DNA from: Entomortierella parvispora E1425
Taxonomy: Eukaryota; Fungi; Mortierellomycota
NCBI GenBank assembly: GCA_020891255.1
Contig: BQFW01000011.1
Span: 930,001 to 994,000, forward strand
Direction of reading: 5' to 3'
DNA length: 64,000 nucleotides
Shown: positions 11,909-23,233 of the stretch, one piece after another
Numbering within the stretch: the stretch's first letter is position 1
Layout: each line of letters starts with the position of its first letter
Translations under genes and position numbers: made by a program
The notes under the pieces: generated by a model
What the model was told of the DNA's origin: nothing
The model's input: the letters and a program-made list of their open reading frames with translations, nothing else
Databases searched by the model: none

Positions 11909-12658
11909 TTGGGGAAAATGGATGAGATTAGAAGCAGCAAGGGACTTGAAGTTTAGATGGAGAAGGATTGACTGTTCAATGTAGGCAGACCGACGAGAGT
12001 TGTAAGAGAACCAAAGAAAAATGGAAGGAGGAGAAAGAAGATAAAAAGAGGCCACAAGGGTTCTCCTGAGCTTTTAAAGTAGACCCCCCCCCCCTCCCTC
12101 TCCACGTGTGAGTCAGAGTAGGACGATGTACATGTACTCACAAGGGGCTGGACCTTTTGCTGTCTTTGGACAAGCCATTTCCCAGGTGTAAGACTACGAA
12201 AAGAACAGATTCGCTCCCTTTTTTTGTAGCAAACTTCCCTTTTGGGGAAGGCAAACACCCTCCAGGTTTTTCTGAATTGACAGACCGTGGTCGCACAGGC
12301 CAGCAACCCTTCGGGTTTTTGATTTTTTTGATTTTTTTGATTTTTTTTTTTTAGATTCATAGAGGTTTACGGTGATCCAATCCAGGTCGAATGATATGGT
12401 AGCTGCCGCCATTCTTCTTCTCGCTCTTTCTTTCTTTCTCCTTTTCCCATCTCTCCCTCTCTTCTCCCTTCACCACACTCTCATCCATCCATCTCTCTTT
12501 GCACCTTTGGCGCCCTTGACAGCCCTTCAGAAAACTCGAGGCAAGTTGGCAAATCGTGTGATGGCCAGAATAAACTGATTCGGACTGAAAAGTAAGAAAG
12601 GAATGTTACGCTGACGCTTTCGTATTGGATCCTTCCACTCCCGGTCCACAGGAAAACA
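11909..12658. promoter_or_regulatory. Putative bidirectional promoter shared by arsC and ACR3
   Basis: 750 bp between divergent start codons. Contains abutting CACGTG (12103-12108) and TGAGTCA (12109-12115), and a short (TTTTTTGA)n repeat at ~12316-12350. Confidence 0.5.
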
Positions 12659-13765
12659 ATGTGGGGCCTCTCTCTTATCGATACACTCTTGCCGCTGTGG
12701 ATCATCCTCTGCATGGTGGGGGGAGTGCTGATCGGCTATTATGTACCCAATGTCGAGACGGTCCTTAACGCCGCCAAGTTTGCAGATGTATCGGTCCCTG
12801 TCGCCATCGGCCTGCTCGTGATGATGTACCCGGTCTTTTGTCGCATCAAGTACGAAGAATTGGGGGCGCTCTTCAAGGGCAAGTTCATGAAAGGTCAGCT
12901 CCTCTTTTCCTTGGTGGTCAATTGGATCATCGCTCCTCTCTTGATGGTGGCCTTGGCGTGGATGACCCTGCCCGATCTACCAGACTATAGGAGTGGCGTC
13001 ATCCTGGTCGGTGTGGCCCGCTGCATTGCCATGGTCCTGATTTGGAACCAGCTCGCAGGGGGCAACCAAGAGTTTTGCGCTGTTACAGTGGCTATCAACT
13101 CTCTCTTGCAAATCGTCCTGTACGGTCCGTTGGCCTACTTTTATGTCGTCATCGTCGGCAAAGGGACCACGTTCCATATCGATATGTGGGTCATTGTCAG
13201 GAGCGTCCTCATCTACATGGGGATCCCGCTGTTGGCTGGCTTCCTGACCCGCTGGTGCCTGCGTCGTTTCGAGTGGTACCACAAAACGTTTGTCCCTACC
13301 GTCGGGAAACTCTCCTTGATAGCGTTGCTCTATGTCATCGTTGTCATGTTTGCTCTTCAGGGCCACGAGATTGTGAATGATATTGGGAACGTGTTGCGAA
13401 CAGCCGTGCCGTTGATTCTTTATTTCGTGGTTATTTTTGCTGGTGTCCTGGCATGGTGTTTGATCACTAAGGTCCCCTATGACATTGCTGTGCCACAGTG
13501 TTTTACGGCGGCCTCCAACAACTTTGAGCTTGCCATCGCCATTGCTGTGGGTACATATGGCGTCCAGTCCAAGGAAGCGCTTGCGGCAACGATAGGCCCC
13601 CTGATCGAAGTGCCGATGCTCTTGTCATTGGTATATGTGATCAAGTACGTCCGTGGCCGCTGGTACGCGATCGATCCAGCTGAATCCGAAAAGGGCGAGG
13701 ATGGTTCAAGTGAAGGCATCCCAACACCCCCATCCCAACACAAGTCTGAAGATTACTTGCCATAA
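12659..13765 (+). CDS. ACR3: ACR3-family arsenite efflux transporter (BART superfamily), 368 aa, intronless
   Basis: About 10 hydrophobic segments with the signatures GLLVMMYP, SLVVNWIIAP, GVARCIAMVLIWN, ASNNFELAIA and GPLIEVP. Confidence 0.95.
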   Translation: MWGLSLIDTLLPLWIILCMVGGVLIGYYVPNVETVLNAAKFADVSVPVAIGLLVMMYPVFCRIKYEELGALFKGKFMKGQLLFSLVVNWIIAPLLMVALAWMTLPDLPDYRSGVILVGVARCIAMVLIWNQLAGGNQEFCAVTVAINSLLQIVLYGPLAYFYVVIVGKGTTFHIDMWVIVRSVLIYMGIPLLAGFLTRWCLRRFEWYHKTFVPTVGKLSLIALLYVIVVMFALQGHEIVNDIGNVLRTAVPLILYFVVIFAGVLAWCLITKVPYDIAVPQCFTAASNNFELAIAIAVGTYGVQSKEALAATIGPLIEVPMLLSLVYVIKYVRGRWYAIDPAESEKGEDGSSEGIPTPPSQHKSEDYLP

Positions 13766-14199
13766 AGAGTACGCTGTAATAAAAAGGATTTGAGATGCTC
13801 TCCAATGGGCCTAGCGGCGTACAAACCCTTCAACTTTTCGACTTATGATGTTGTCCTTCGTGTGGACCCGTCCTCTTTTTTGAACTTGAATCTTTAGGCC
13901 TATCCTCCGCAGGCATGTACATGAAACCAATGTAGGTGACGTTGGCTAGGTTAAGAGAAACGAGTAGAGCACGCGTATGTAGACACGCAGTCTGAAAGTC
14001 GATTAGGTTGGTTACACAGATACACAGGCCTCCTGTACTGCGTCAGTGGCCAAAAAAAAAAAAAAGAACCCTTCGTTCTGATCGATTTTGTTACTCAATC
14101 CCATCTTCTGTTGATTCTCCCCGCTCCAGCATCCCATCCTTTCCCCGCGCCATCCCCCCCAAATACCAAGCGGTCAAGACGTCAGGGAAGGAGCCTCTC

Positions 14200-15850
14200 T
14201 CCCTCGCACGCCCATCACCCATTGAGAGCAACGAAGTCCTGCTCCGAATATTTTCGAAGGTCATCGCGAGGCGTCCATGCCGATGATGGAATCTTGTTGC
14301 CATAGAACTGATCCAAAGCAGGGTTCGCTTTGATGTCGGCAATCTTGGAGCATTGAGAAATTTGGAGACCCATGTCGCCATGGCCACGAGCATCACTACT
14401 GGCAAAATCCCTGCACCCAGGGTACACCGAAAAGACTATGATCCAGCGTGGTCCAAAAGCAGTGGCAAAAAGCTGATGGGTGTCTTGGATCAAGTGAACA
14501 GCCGGGACCGCTGTCGTATTCGACTTCGTGTCACAAAGCTTACCATGTATGTCGAAAGCTGGTGGGTCGATGACATTGCATCTCAGACTCTGTTCAATGC
14601 CGTGCACTTGACGAGTCTGACATGTCTTGGCTCGAACTGAGCACGGACTATTATATGTCGAATGGGTATTAGATCAGTGTCCGAACCTGCTGTCGCTTTC
14701 GATGAATGGCTGCAGACTCGGTCTTCCCGAGTTTCATAAACACAGAACGAGGCTCAAAGTACTTGGATCGAGCACCAAGTGCCGCTCAGGCTCCTGACCA
14801 CCACGATCTCTCGGCATCACGAATCTACGAATGTCATCGTGGAAACTCATGGATCTTTTTTCCGAAACTTGGGGAATTGACGAGTATCTCCATGGTCTAT
14901 ATCCAATCTATGCTTTCGACGGAATTGATGACGCATCCTGAGGATGAACACTTTGGCATGACCTTGTCTTTGGGCATGCCGAAGGTTAAAAACACTGCAC
15001 CTCCACCCTATATCATATTTTTGCCAGCTATGAACATTCTTTTTGCCTATCTCGGTCGTGTCTGTCCTGAACTACAGGAGCTATCAGTCATGGTCCATTA
15101 TACAAATCGCTATTTACCCCAGATCCTTTCGCTGTTGGCTCGTCTAATACATTTGCGAACGGCTAGAACTTCGCTGTTGGGTAGACACAGACAATTATCT
15201 CGACATGGATCCAGTTGGACAACATCAAGGGCGAGATACTCCCACTGCACGAAAAAAGTGCAGTCCATTCCATCATCGTCTGTTGTCCCCTTTTCAGTCT
15301 CTCACCATGACTGGACACAAGAAACCAATCAAGGATCTCAGAGATTACATCGAAGCCGCACGGCCAATACGATGGCGCAGGGCAAGAAAAGAGCAGACGA
15401 GTTGAAAATGAAATGGAAGAACATTCAGAATGATCTGAACAGCCAACGCCGGAGAGTGGAACAGCAACAAAAGAAGAACAACTACCGCACAGAGCACAAT
15501 CGAGATATCCCAATGGTGGATGGTCTAGTCGACTTTTAAAGGTCTTGGGATCCAATTTCGATATCGAAGCATGTCTCCAAGCAATGGCCTGGCGGCTCCA
15601 ACAGTGGCAGGGAAGAGGGGACGAAACTTGAGTCGAACCCAAGGACGAGGGCTTGCAGCCATGGAAACACATGGAGCAGTTCATGTTCAACTTTTCTCTC
15701 CACAGCTACCGCAGAAAAGATATAACGATGCTGATGCGCCGTGCTGGCGAAATAGGCAAAAGTCTTGGTCAAATGCGGCCCGATATTGAGTTCATATGTC
15801 GCGTCAAGTATATGTATCTCTATATAGTACCAGAGACGTGTTTATCGCAT
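14200..15850 (+). pseudogene. Decayed F-box/leucine-rich-repeat (RNI-like) gene
   Basis: F-box-like PIESNEVLLRIF is followed by an in-frame TGA (14284-14286) and another stop (14638-14640). LRR-like fragments VEWVLDQCPNLLSLSMNGC, LFAYLGRVCPELQELS and GLQPWKHMEQF...MRPDIEFIC lie in different frames. Confidence 0.55.
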
Positions 15851-16138
15851 GGTTCCTGCAGGAGTCCGGAACGGCAACACGAGGGCACAGGTGACCCCCT
15901 AATGCGAATGATGGATGAATGACCAGAAGCAGATGCAGCAGAATGAAGAATGAAAACAAAGAGGAATTAGGAAAGAAAAAGGGAAGAATCATGAGGACAG
16001 TGCCACAGGCAAAGGAGCGACGATGCAAATAAACAAAAAAAGTGACACCGTTGACACCGCCATTCCTTGTTACTCATTCCCCATTCCTCTTGATTGTGGT
16101 CCTCATTCCTTCCTTCCACCACCTACAAGACCTGCAAA

Positions 16139-17665
16139 ATGACCACATCTGATACTCTCGCCGCTGCTCCTGGCAAACGATTGAAAAGTCTGACCTTGGA
16201 GGTGCCGTCGTTCGAGGTCGGACCAGGAGGAGTACCGATCTTCTACGGGACAGAAGAATCCCCTGTGACGATCCGAGGGCGAGTCGTCTTTCACACGCAG
16301 CACGAGTGCAAGGGCAGTCGAGTCTTGGTCCGCTTCTCGGCCATTGAAGACCTCGAGTGGAGAGGTAGGGTGCCTTTTTTTTATCAATACCTCTCTCTCC
16401 TCTGAGCCATTCACCCCTGGTATGCACTCACCACCCGCCCTTTGTCTCCCTCTCCCTCTCTGTCTTCTCATGCCCATTCTGTCATCTACCTTGCGTATTT
16501 AGTCAGCTCTGGCAATATAGATCGCGTCTACAGAAACAACCACGAGTATAAGGTCCTAGACTTCAAGCTCAAACTGCCTCAACTGCCCGTGACAGAGCAT
16601 GTTGACCCCGTTTCTGGAAAGACCATCATCACAGGGGTCAAGGACAGGGTACCGCCCGGTACCTATTCTCTTGACTTCACCATCCCGATCGACCCCCTTT
16701 TCCCTTCTTCCAATAGAACTAGCTGCGGAAAGATGGTTTACCAGCTACGGGCGACCTTGATTCGACCTTTCCCCAGCGTAAATGTGGTTTACAAACAACC
16801 GCTCTGGGTCTTGAACAGTCGTTTGCCTCCGCCATCGATCCCTTTGGAGCCAATGATAGAACCGTTGACCTGGAGGGTGTATGGAGGTCTCGATGGTGAT
16901 ATCAAGTACAGGTGTTTTCTCCCTTCCTATCCTATTTGCCTAGGGTATCCCTTCCCTCTATGGGTAAGACTCGAGTCGGTTGATCCCCAACACACAAACA
17001 TTGACCCTACCAGTTTCCAGTCCCTCTCGACTTCGACCTCAGCCTCAAACTTTGAACAACAAGCAGCCCACAATCAAAAGAAACGAACCACCAGGAGTGG
17101 ATTGGCAGCAGTTCGACCCTTCAAGGTTTCCAAGGGGACAATGGAGTTGCGGGAGAAGACTTGGTACGTGTCCTCGGGTGGGTATTACCACTCCACTATT
17201 CGAAAAACACTCAAGATGGATGTGATCAAGGAACAAGATCATTACCCGCATGGCCCTTCGGACGGCGACAACATTATCGAAAACAAAGACAAAGGCGAAA
17301 ATGAGGATACAGATGGCGTGATCCAAATAAGGAACAATGATGATGGACAAAAAGGCAAAAACAGCAGGTGTTGGAGCAAGATGGTCATGGTCCAGGTACC
17401 CAATGTGTGGGGCATCAACCCGGATTCGAGAACAGCCATCATCACGACGCAACATGTTTTGATTATCAAACTGGATGTCCGATACGGGTTCTTCAACAAG
17501 CGCACCGTAACGTTTGATGGTAAGAAAGAAGTTGAACCAATTGATTCCTCTGATGACCATTCACCAGGAAACTGAACAGAGGACCTTCCTGGTAAAATGT
17601 ACGATTGTAGTCCCGCTAGTGCTCCGAGTGCCCCGTCCTCCCCCCTGTCCATCAAACCGACATGA
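16139..17665 (+). CDS. Arrestin-fold protein 1 (Arrestin_N/C-like); 3 exons
   Basis: SLTLEVP...IRGRVVF...CKGSRVLVRF; phase-1 intron after EWR (gtaggg); PPGTYSLDFTIPI..PSS...GKMVYQLRATLIRPFP; last phase-1 intron ending 17579; stop at 17663-17665. Confidence 0.75.
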
Positions 17666-19804
17666 CATTGTTCCGTCTGTTCTAGGCTTTTGAACAAGAA
17701 CTCCAAAAGAAAATAATAACGATATTCCCGGCGGCATCAGCGCTTAATGTTTGTTCTTTGGAAGGGAACATTCTTCGCTACGCCATCCTCACGGCAGCGG
17801 TACCGCAACGGTTTCGTGGCTAGGAAAGGGCATTCTTTGTTTCATTTCGGCATTTTCGCCCTTCGGGGCGGCCGTTGTTTAGCCGGACATGTTGGTTTTT
17901 TTGTTTGTTTTTTTGCGGCTGAGTCGCTGTGTGACCTGAATAGAGTAACGCGTTTTATTCCGTTCATCTTCATTGGTAACAACAGCCAACGCGCTCCTGC
18001 CATGAAAAGAATCTGATAACCAGCCCTTTATTCCTTGGCAACCGCCCTTCTTTTCTCTTTTTTGGAAAAAACAGAAAAAAAAGTGGAATATGGACAATGA
18101 CAAAGCCACCCCTCGATCTTCGCTCATTGTTTGTTATCCTCGAAGGTGAAATTTCAGTATGTCAACTCTGCTGTTAAAAAAAATCTTGGCACCGGGCAGG
18201 TGGTGGAAAAATGATCTGCAGCCAGGACATGAACAAGGAAGGGAGGAAAAAAAATGGATTGGCAACAGCCCAGTCAAACGCAGAATAAAAAAAAAGACAC
18301 AAACAGATTTTTACACTTTGGCGACCACGAGCTAGAATACGTGGCTATTCCATGGTTAATAGGAAGAATAATGAGCAGCGTCCGTTTTTGTGGCCGACCT
18401 CCAGAAAGAAAAGAAAAAAGCCCATTAGAAATCTCTATGTCAAGAGATCTTGAACGTTAAAAAAAGGAAGCAGGTCGTCATACAAAAGTCATGGAGAGAC
18501 TTGGCAGTCCATGTGGACCTATGGAAACGCCCATCAGCCGGTCGCCGGAGCGGTCCTTCAGGTCTCGAAGGAAAAGAAGGGGCAATAAGCTGGAGATACC
18601 TTGGCGCTTTCTTTTTATATCTGTTTCAATTGAATGATATGACACGATATGTGGGAGGGGCGACCTGAACGTCTCCAAGGATTATGTTTTATTTCCGTGT
18701 GCCTTACTCACCCACCCCCTTTGGAACCGCAGGGCAGATTTTGTAACGTGATGGGTCAAAGGACAGAGAGATGGAACGGAGACATGCAACGCCGCGTTTG
18801 GAGGGCTAAAAAGGAGACTTTGCTTCCTCTATTTGGACTATTTTGTTCAAGAGTCGATCTCTCTCAGAGCTTCGACTTTTCACTGTCCATGCCTTCCGAA
18901 CCCGCAAGCCCGATTACATTCTAAAGACGCTATGACAAAAAGAAATTTGGCCAAGAATTCGATGCGGCGGTTCTGAAGCGATACAGGTAAGAGCAACGAA
19001 ATAAAAATAAAAAAGCCCTGGTCGATCTCCAACATATCCGTAGCATTCTCAGCAATGTGGGATGATTCGACAACACATGGACACAATAGAAAAAACAGGT
19101 TCTGTCAGCCATAGTGCTTTGGTGCTGTTGCCCAGCCCAGGGGAGAGAGGACAGGGGGGTGGGCTGTCTTGCCTTGTAGTCGTTCGACTGAATTAGTCTG
19201 ATGGGCTTGCATGCAAACGAAGAACCCTTTCTTGGCTCGTTCCAATTGCTCAGGCTCAGCACCTGCGCTTCTTGTGCTGATGTGAACTCAAAAATGGCCC
19301 ATGCCTTCCTCCGTTCGCTGGAACGTTTGTTGCAAAAGGTAAAAAAAAAAAGTGAGGGACTAATGCCCTCGGGCTGCAGATCCGGGGTTGAGGTCGAGAC
19401 TGAGGTGGTGTCCACCGTCGACCTTGCATTCGAAGCTGCATTGACTCTGTTTTGCCTTGAACAGGATATAAATACGAGCCACGTTCGGTGCAATTCACTT
19501 TTCCTGTTTTTTTTTGTTTTTGCTTTTCTTCCTTTTCTGCTCATCTCTTCAGATCCCTTTTTTTTCTCTTTTTTTTCTCTCGTCCCTGGACACGTTGCCT
19601 TGTCCCTTCTTGTTCTCCTTTGGTTCTCTTTGATCCCCTTTCCCGTTCCCTGGATCAATTGCTCCACAGAGCACCCTACAGAGGCAGCAGCGACAACAAC
19701 AATAGCAACGCACACAAACAGCCGACATTCCTCCCTTTTTCTCCTCCTCCTCTTTGATCCTCACCCTTCCCATCCAGTGTGTCTGTTCACGTCATTTCTC
19801 AACA

Positions 19805-22800
19805 ATGGCACCTATCAGCGGCAAAGAAAAGTCGCTCTCGATTCATATTGATACCCCTCATGTGGGACCCAATGGGATGCCACTCATCTACGGCTCAACC
19901 CCCGAGAAGGCTGGATCCTTCAAGGGTGTTGTCCGATTTGCATCCAACTACGACTGCAAAGGGCGGGACATTGTCATCCTCTACGAGGGCAAAGCAGTGG
20001 CTCAATGGACAGGTAACGTTGCCTGACAAACGTCTTTCACTCTCTCATCCTCTTGTTCTCGACTTGCCCGGCCATGCGACTTTTTTTCCTGCATTTTAAG
20101 CTCACACTCCCCATGCTTCGACTCTTTTCTGTCCTACCCATCCCATCCCATCTACCCGCTCCCCAACACTCATCCCACACTTTGCCCCACCCTGTGCCCT
20201 CCATTCCTTGGTGGAAATCATTGACAACCACAACAAACACAACAACAAAAAACCAGCTTTGGAGAACAAAAAAACCGTCAACCATCACACGGAAGAGGTC
20301 TTTGCGCGTCAGCTTTGGTATTTTCCTTTGGTCCACACCAAACGGTCCACGGTCGCTGCTGGCGTGTACGAGAAGGAGTTTCAGGTCGTTTTCGACAATC
20401 CTTCAGATGCCAATGCAGTCAGCATTGGTGCTGGAGCAGGCCTTGCTCCATTACCGCGATCGACGGTCTCGGCCGTGACCCTCCTCCCCTCGAGCAGCTA
20501 CGGAGCGCATGCACGGGTTAAATACACGATCCGTGCCATCCTTCGGAGACCGTTTCCCAGTGTCACAGATGTGGAAACGTCGCAAGAGGTCTGGGTCCTG
20601 CATTCGTGTTTGACCAGCCCAATGACGGTTCGTTCGCTAGCCTTTTCCCCTTCCTTTGTAGAGATTACAACCGGAAACAAGGTCGGCAGTCCTTTGGCTC
20701 CTGTCACCGGGCGAAGCGACCGCCAGGAGGAACGCAAGGACAGGACATCAGCTGAGCGTGCAACGGACTCTTCCTCCTTACCTCCTCTTCCTCCTTCCTC
20801 TTCTTCTCCTCCTCCTCCTCGCTCTCCTTCTCCTCCTCCAGAGCATCAGACGTCAGGCCACTCTTCACTCCCTTCCCCCGATTCTCAGTCACGGTCACTC
20901 TTGTCTCTTTCCACACCCTCCAAGGTCCTCAAGTCTGCCATTTCCTTCCTTCCCTCAATTGATCTCTCTCGCACTCGCCAGTTCCTATCATCACCTTCGT
21001 CCTCCTCCACCCCATCCACACCCCCTTCCTCTCAGACCGCCGATCCGTCTTGTACGTCAGCAGCATCGCAAGACGCCGGGATCGTCCCCAATGCCACCCC
21101 TGCCATCCCTGGCCGTACTGCTGATCCCTCTACCACCGCGCTGTCCTCGATCTTGCCCTCACCCAAATCACACAGGGGCTCTGGCAAAAAGAGTGCACAG
21201 CATGATCCAAAACCTGTTTGGAAGCAACAGCAGCAGCAACAACATGCACCAGAACAGGAATTGATCGAGTATACGGGCGTTTGGGAACCCTTTCAGATCC
21301 CTTACAATTGCTCCATCCCCTCCGAGACTGTGCATTTGGGGCAGTTGGTCCCACTCTCGATCCAATTCGGGCCTTTGCCCCATCGGCCCACCCCCGCTAT
21401 GACCCCTGCCCTTGTGAGCTCGACCTCGATCTTTCACACGGTCATACCGCTTTCGAGAGGGAGCCTGGGCTCTGGCTCTGGCTCTGGTTCGGACCCTGCA
21501 CTAAAGAAGAGGATGGGGCCACAGCGAGGGGCGGGATCTGGAAGAAAGACCGGAACAGGCGGCAGGATCCAAAAGCGTACAAGTCATGGTCGGACTCCAA
21601 CTCCTGGACGCGGCAACGAGGATAACCAGGGTTTCTCGAAATCGACTACAGGTTCTCGATCTCGACCCGAGGTTCTTGTGAATGGCGTTCGAGTGGATCC
21701 TGGGAATGACATGGATAAAGACGACGACGAGGATGACAGCGACAGGAACAATGGCACAGTTTTGGAACTTTGTGAAGAGGAGCCACCTCGATTCGTAGTC
21801 AAGAAGGGTATCTTGAAAGTCATGGAGCACACCGTCTTGAGGGAAGTTACGGTCATGCCGGGGACGACTGCTGGTAGCACCATCGCCGCGTTCTCTCCTA
21901 CACCTCCGACGTCGACGGGACACCGTCAAGGCGCTTCACTGGGCCATCGTCAGTCGAGATCATCCATGTATCAGGAGCAACTGTATAGCACCAGTCATCC
22001 CGCTTTGGACACTTTGTCAAACGCAACAACACCGTCATCATCACCTTCCCTGGCGTCGTTGTCGCCACCATGGTCACCCTCCACCCTTCTTGCCGCTTCT
22101 GGTACCGCGACAACGACAACAGCGGCGGCCGCGTCCCATCGTCCTCCGACGATCAGCGAAAAGTCTAAAAACTTTTTCTTCAAACGTCGCAGTCTGGACC
22201 AGCCCATGGTCGTCGACTCTGTCCATTTCCCTACTGCATCCACTTTAAACAACAGTGGTTCCATCTCTGTCCATGGCAACAACAGCAGCAATAGCAATAG
22301 TAACTGTAACAGCAGCGGCAACGGCAACGGCAACGGCAGCAGCAAGAGCACCAAGGTCATCAGCACGATTGAGGCAAAGTTCAAGACCGAGGTCAAGGTT
22401 ATATCCTTGACCTCGGCCCTTCGGGAACGAGAACTGCACTACCAGGAATGGCTCGCTGCACAAAGCGATAGCAGCATGGACGATTCTAATGAGGAAGAGG
22501 GCAACAATGACAATGACGGTGACGACGAGAAGGAGATTTCTGGAAAACGACCCAACCGCAGCAGAGGCAGTACCAGCAGAGGCAGTACCAGCAGCGGCAG
22601 CAGTGATGGGTCACTCGAGGACAAGGATGCGTCAGATTTCAGTCTGGAGAACGAGCAAGGGATCTGGCGAACGACGGTCTGGGTTCAGTTACCAGACGCG
22701 TCCGAGTTGGCAACCTGTACAGAAACCAAGCACATTCTGAGAACCCACACACTGCAATTGATCCTCCTCTGCGGTGTCCTTGGCCTTCCTACGCAGGCAA

Positions 22801-23203
22801 ACTCTACGCGACCAGGATCAGGAGGCGGAACAAATACAGGACGCCGACCCCTCTTTGGATCGACCTCTTCATCGTCATCATCACCCTCTATACCGCCCAG
22901 ATCGGTCCAATCGATAGGATATGCATCCTCCACCATGCCCAGCGCCAACAAGGAGTTTCGATTGGAGAGTAAGTGCATACCGCTTTGCTACAATTATAGA
23001 GCGAAAAAGACAAGGGGAAAAAATGGGACAGAATAGCCGCGATATTATTGACTACAAAAGAATGATTATGTGTACAGAGAAATGGTATGATGTCCAGGAG
23101 TATCCTAGGCTTTTTCTTGAAACTGACTCGTTGCTGATTCTCCTTGATATTAGTGGATCTTCATGTAACTGGACCTCTGGCCCCCAAAGAGTCTTCTCGA
23201 TAA
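19805..23203 (+). CDS. Arrestin-fold protein 2 with very long Ser/Pro-rich insertions; 3 exons
   Basis: MAPISGKEKSLSIHIDTP...FKGVVRFASNYDCKGRDI; phase-1 intron after QWT; GVYEKEFQV...LPSS...VKYTIRAILRRPFP; IPSETVHLGQLVP; last exon E/MDLHVTGP...TAA at 23201-23203. The acceptor of intron 1 is uncertain (probably 20100). Confidence 0.75.
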
Positions 23204-23233
23204 ACTCCAAAAAATAAATAAAAGACAATTGCA

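Noticed and set aside
11909-12055. 49-aa N-terminal extension of ArsC in the ORF track
   Set aside because: The sequence looks like a pyrimidine-rich leader, and homology begins at MTDIMF (11908). A targeting peptide cannot be fully excluded.
17700-19800. Several 70-260 aa ORFs between arrestin 1 and arrestin 2
   Set aside because: They have low-complexity K/F-rich composition from A/T tracts and no consistent splice pattern, so I treated the region as intergenic or promoter.
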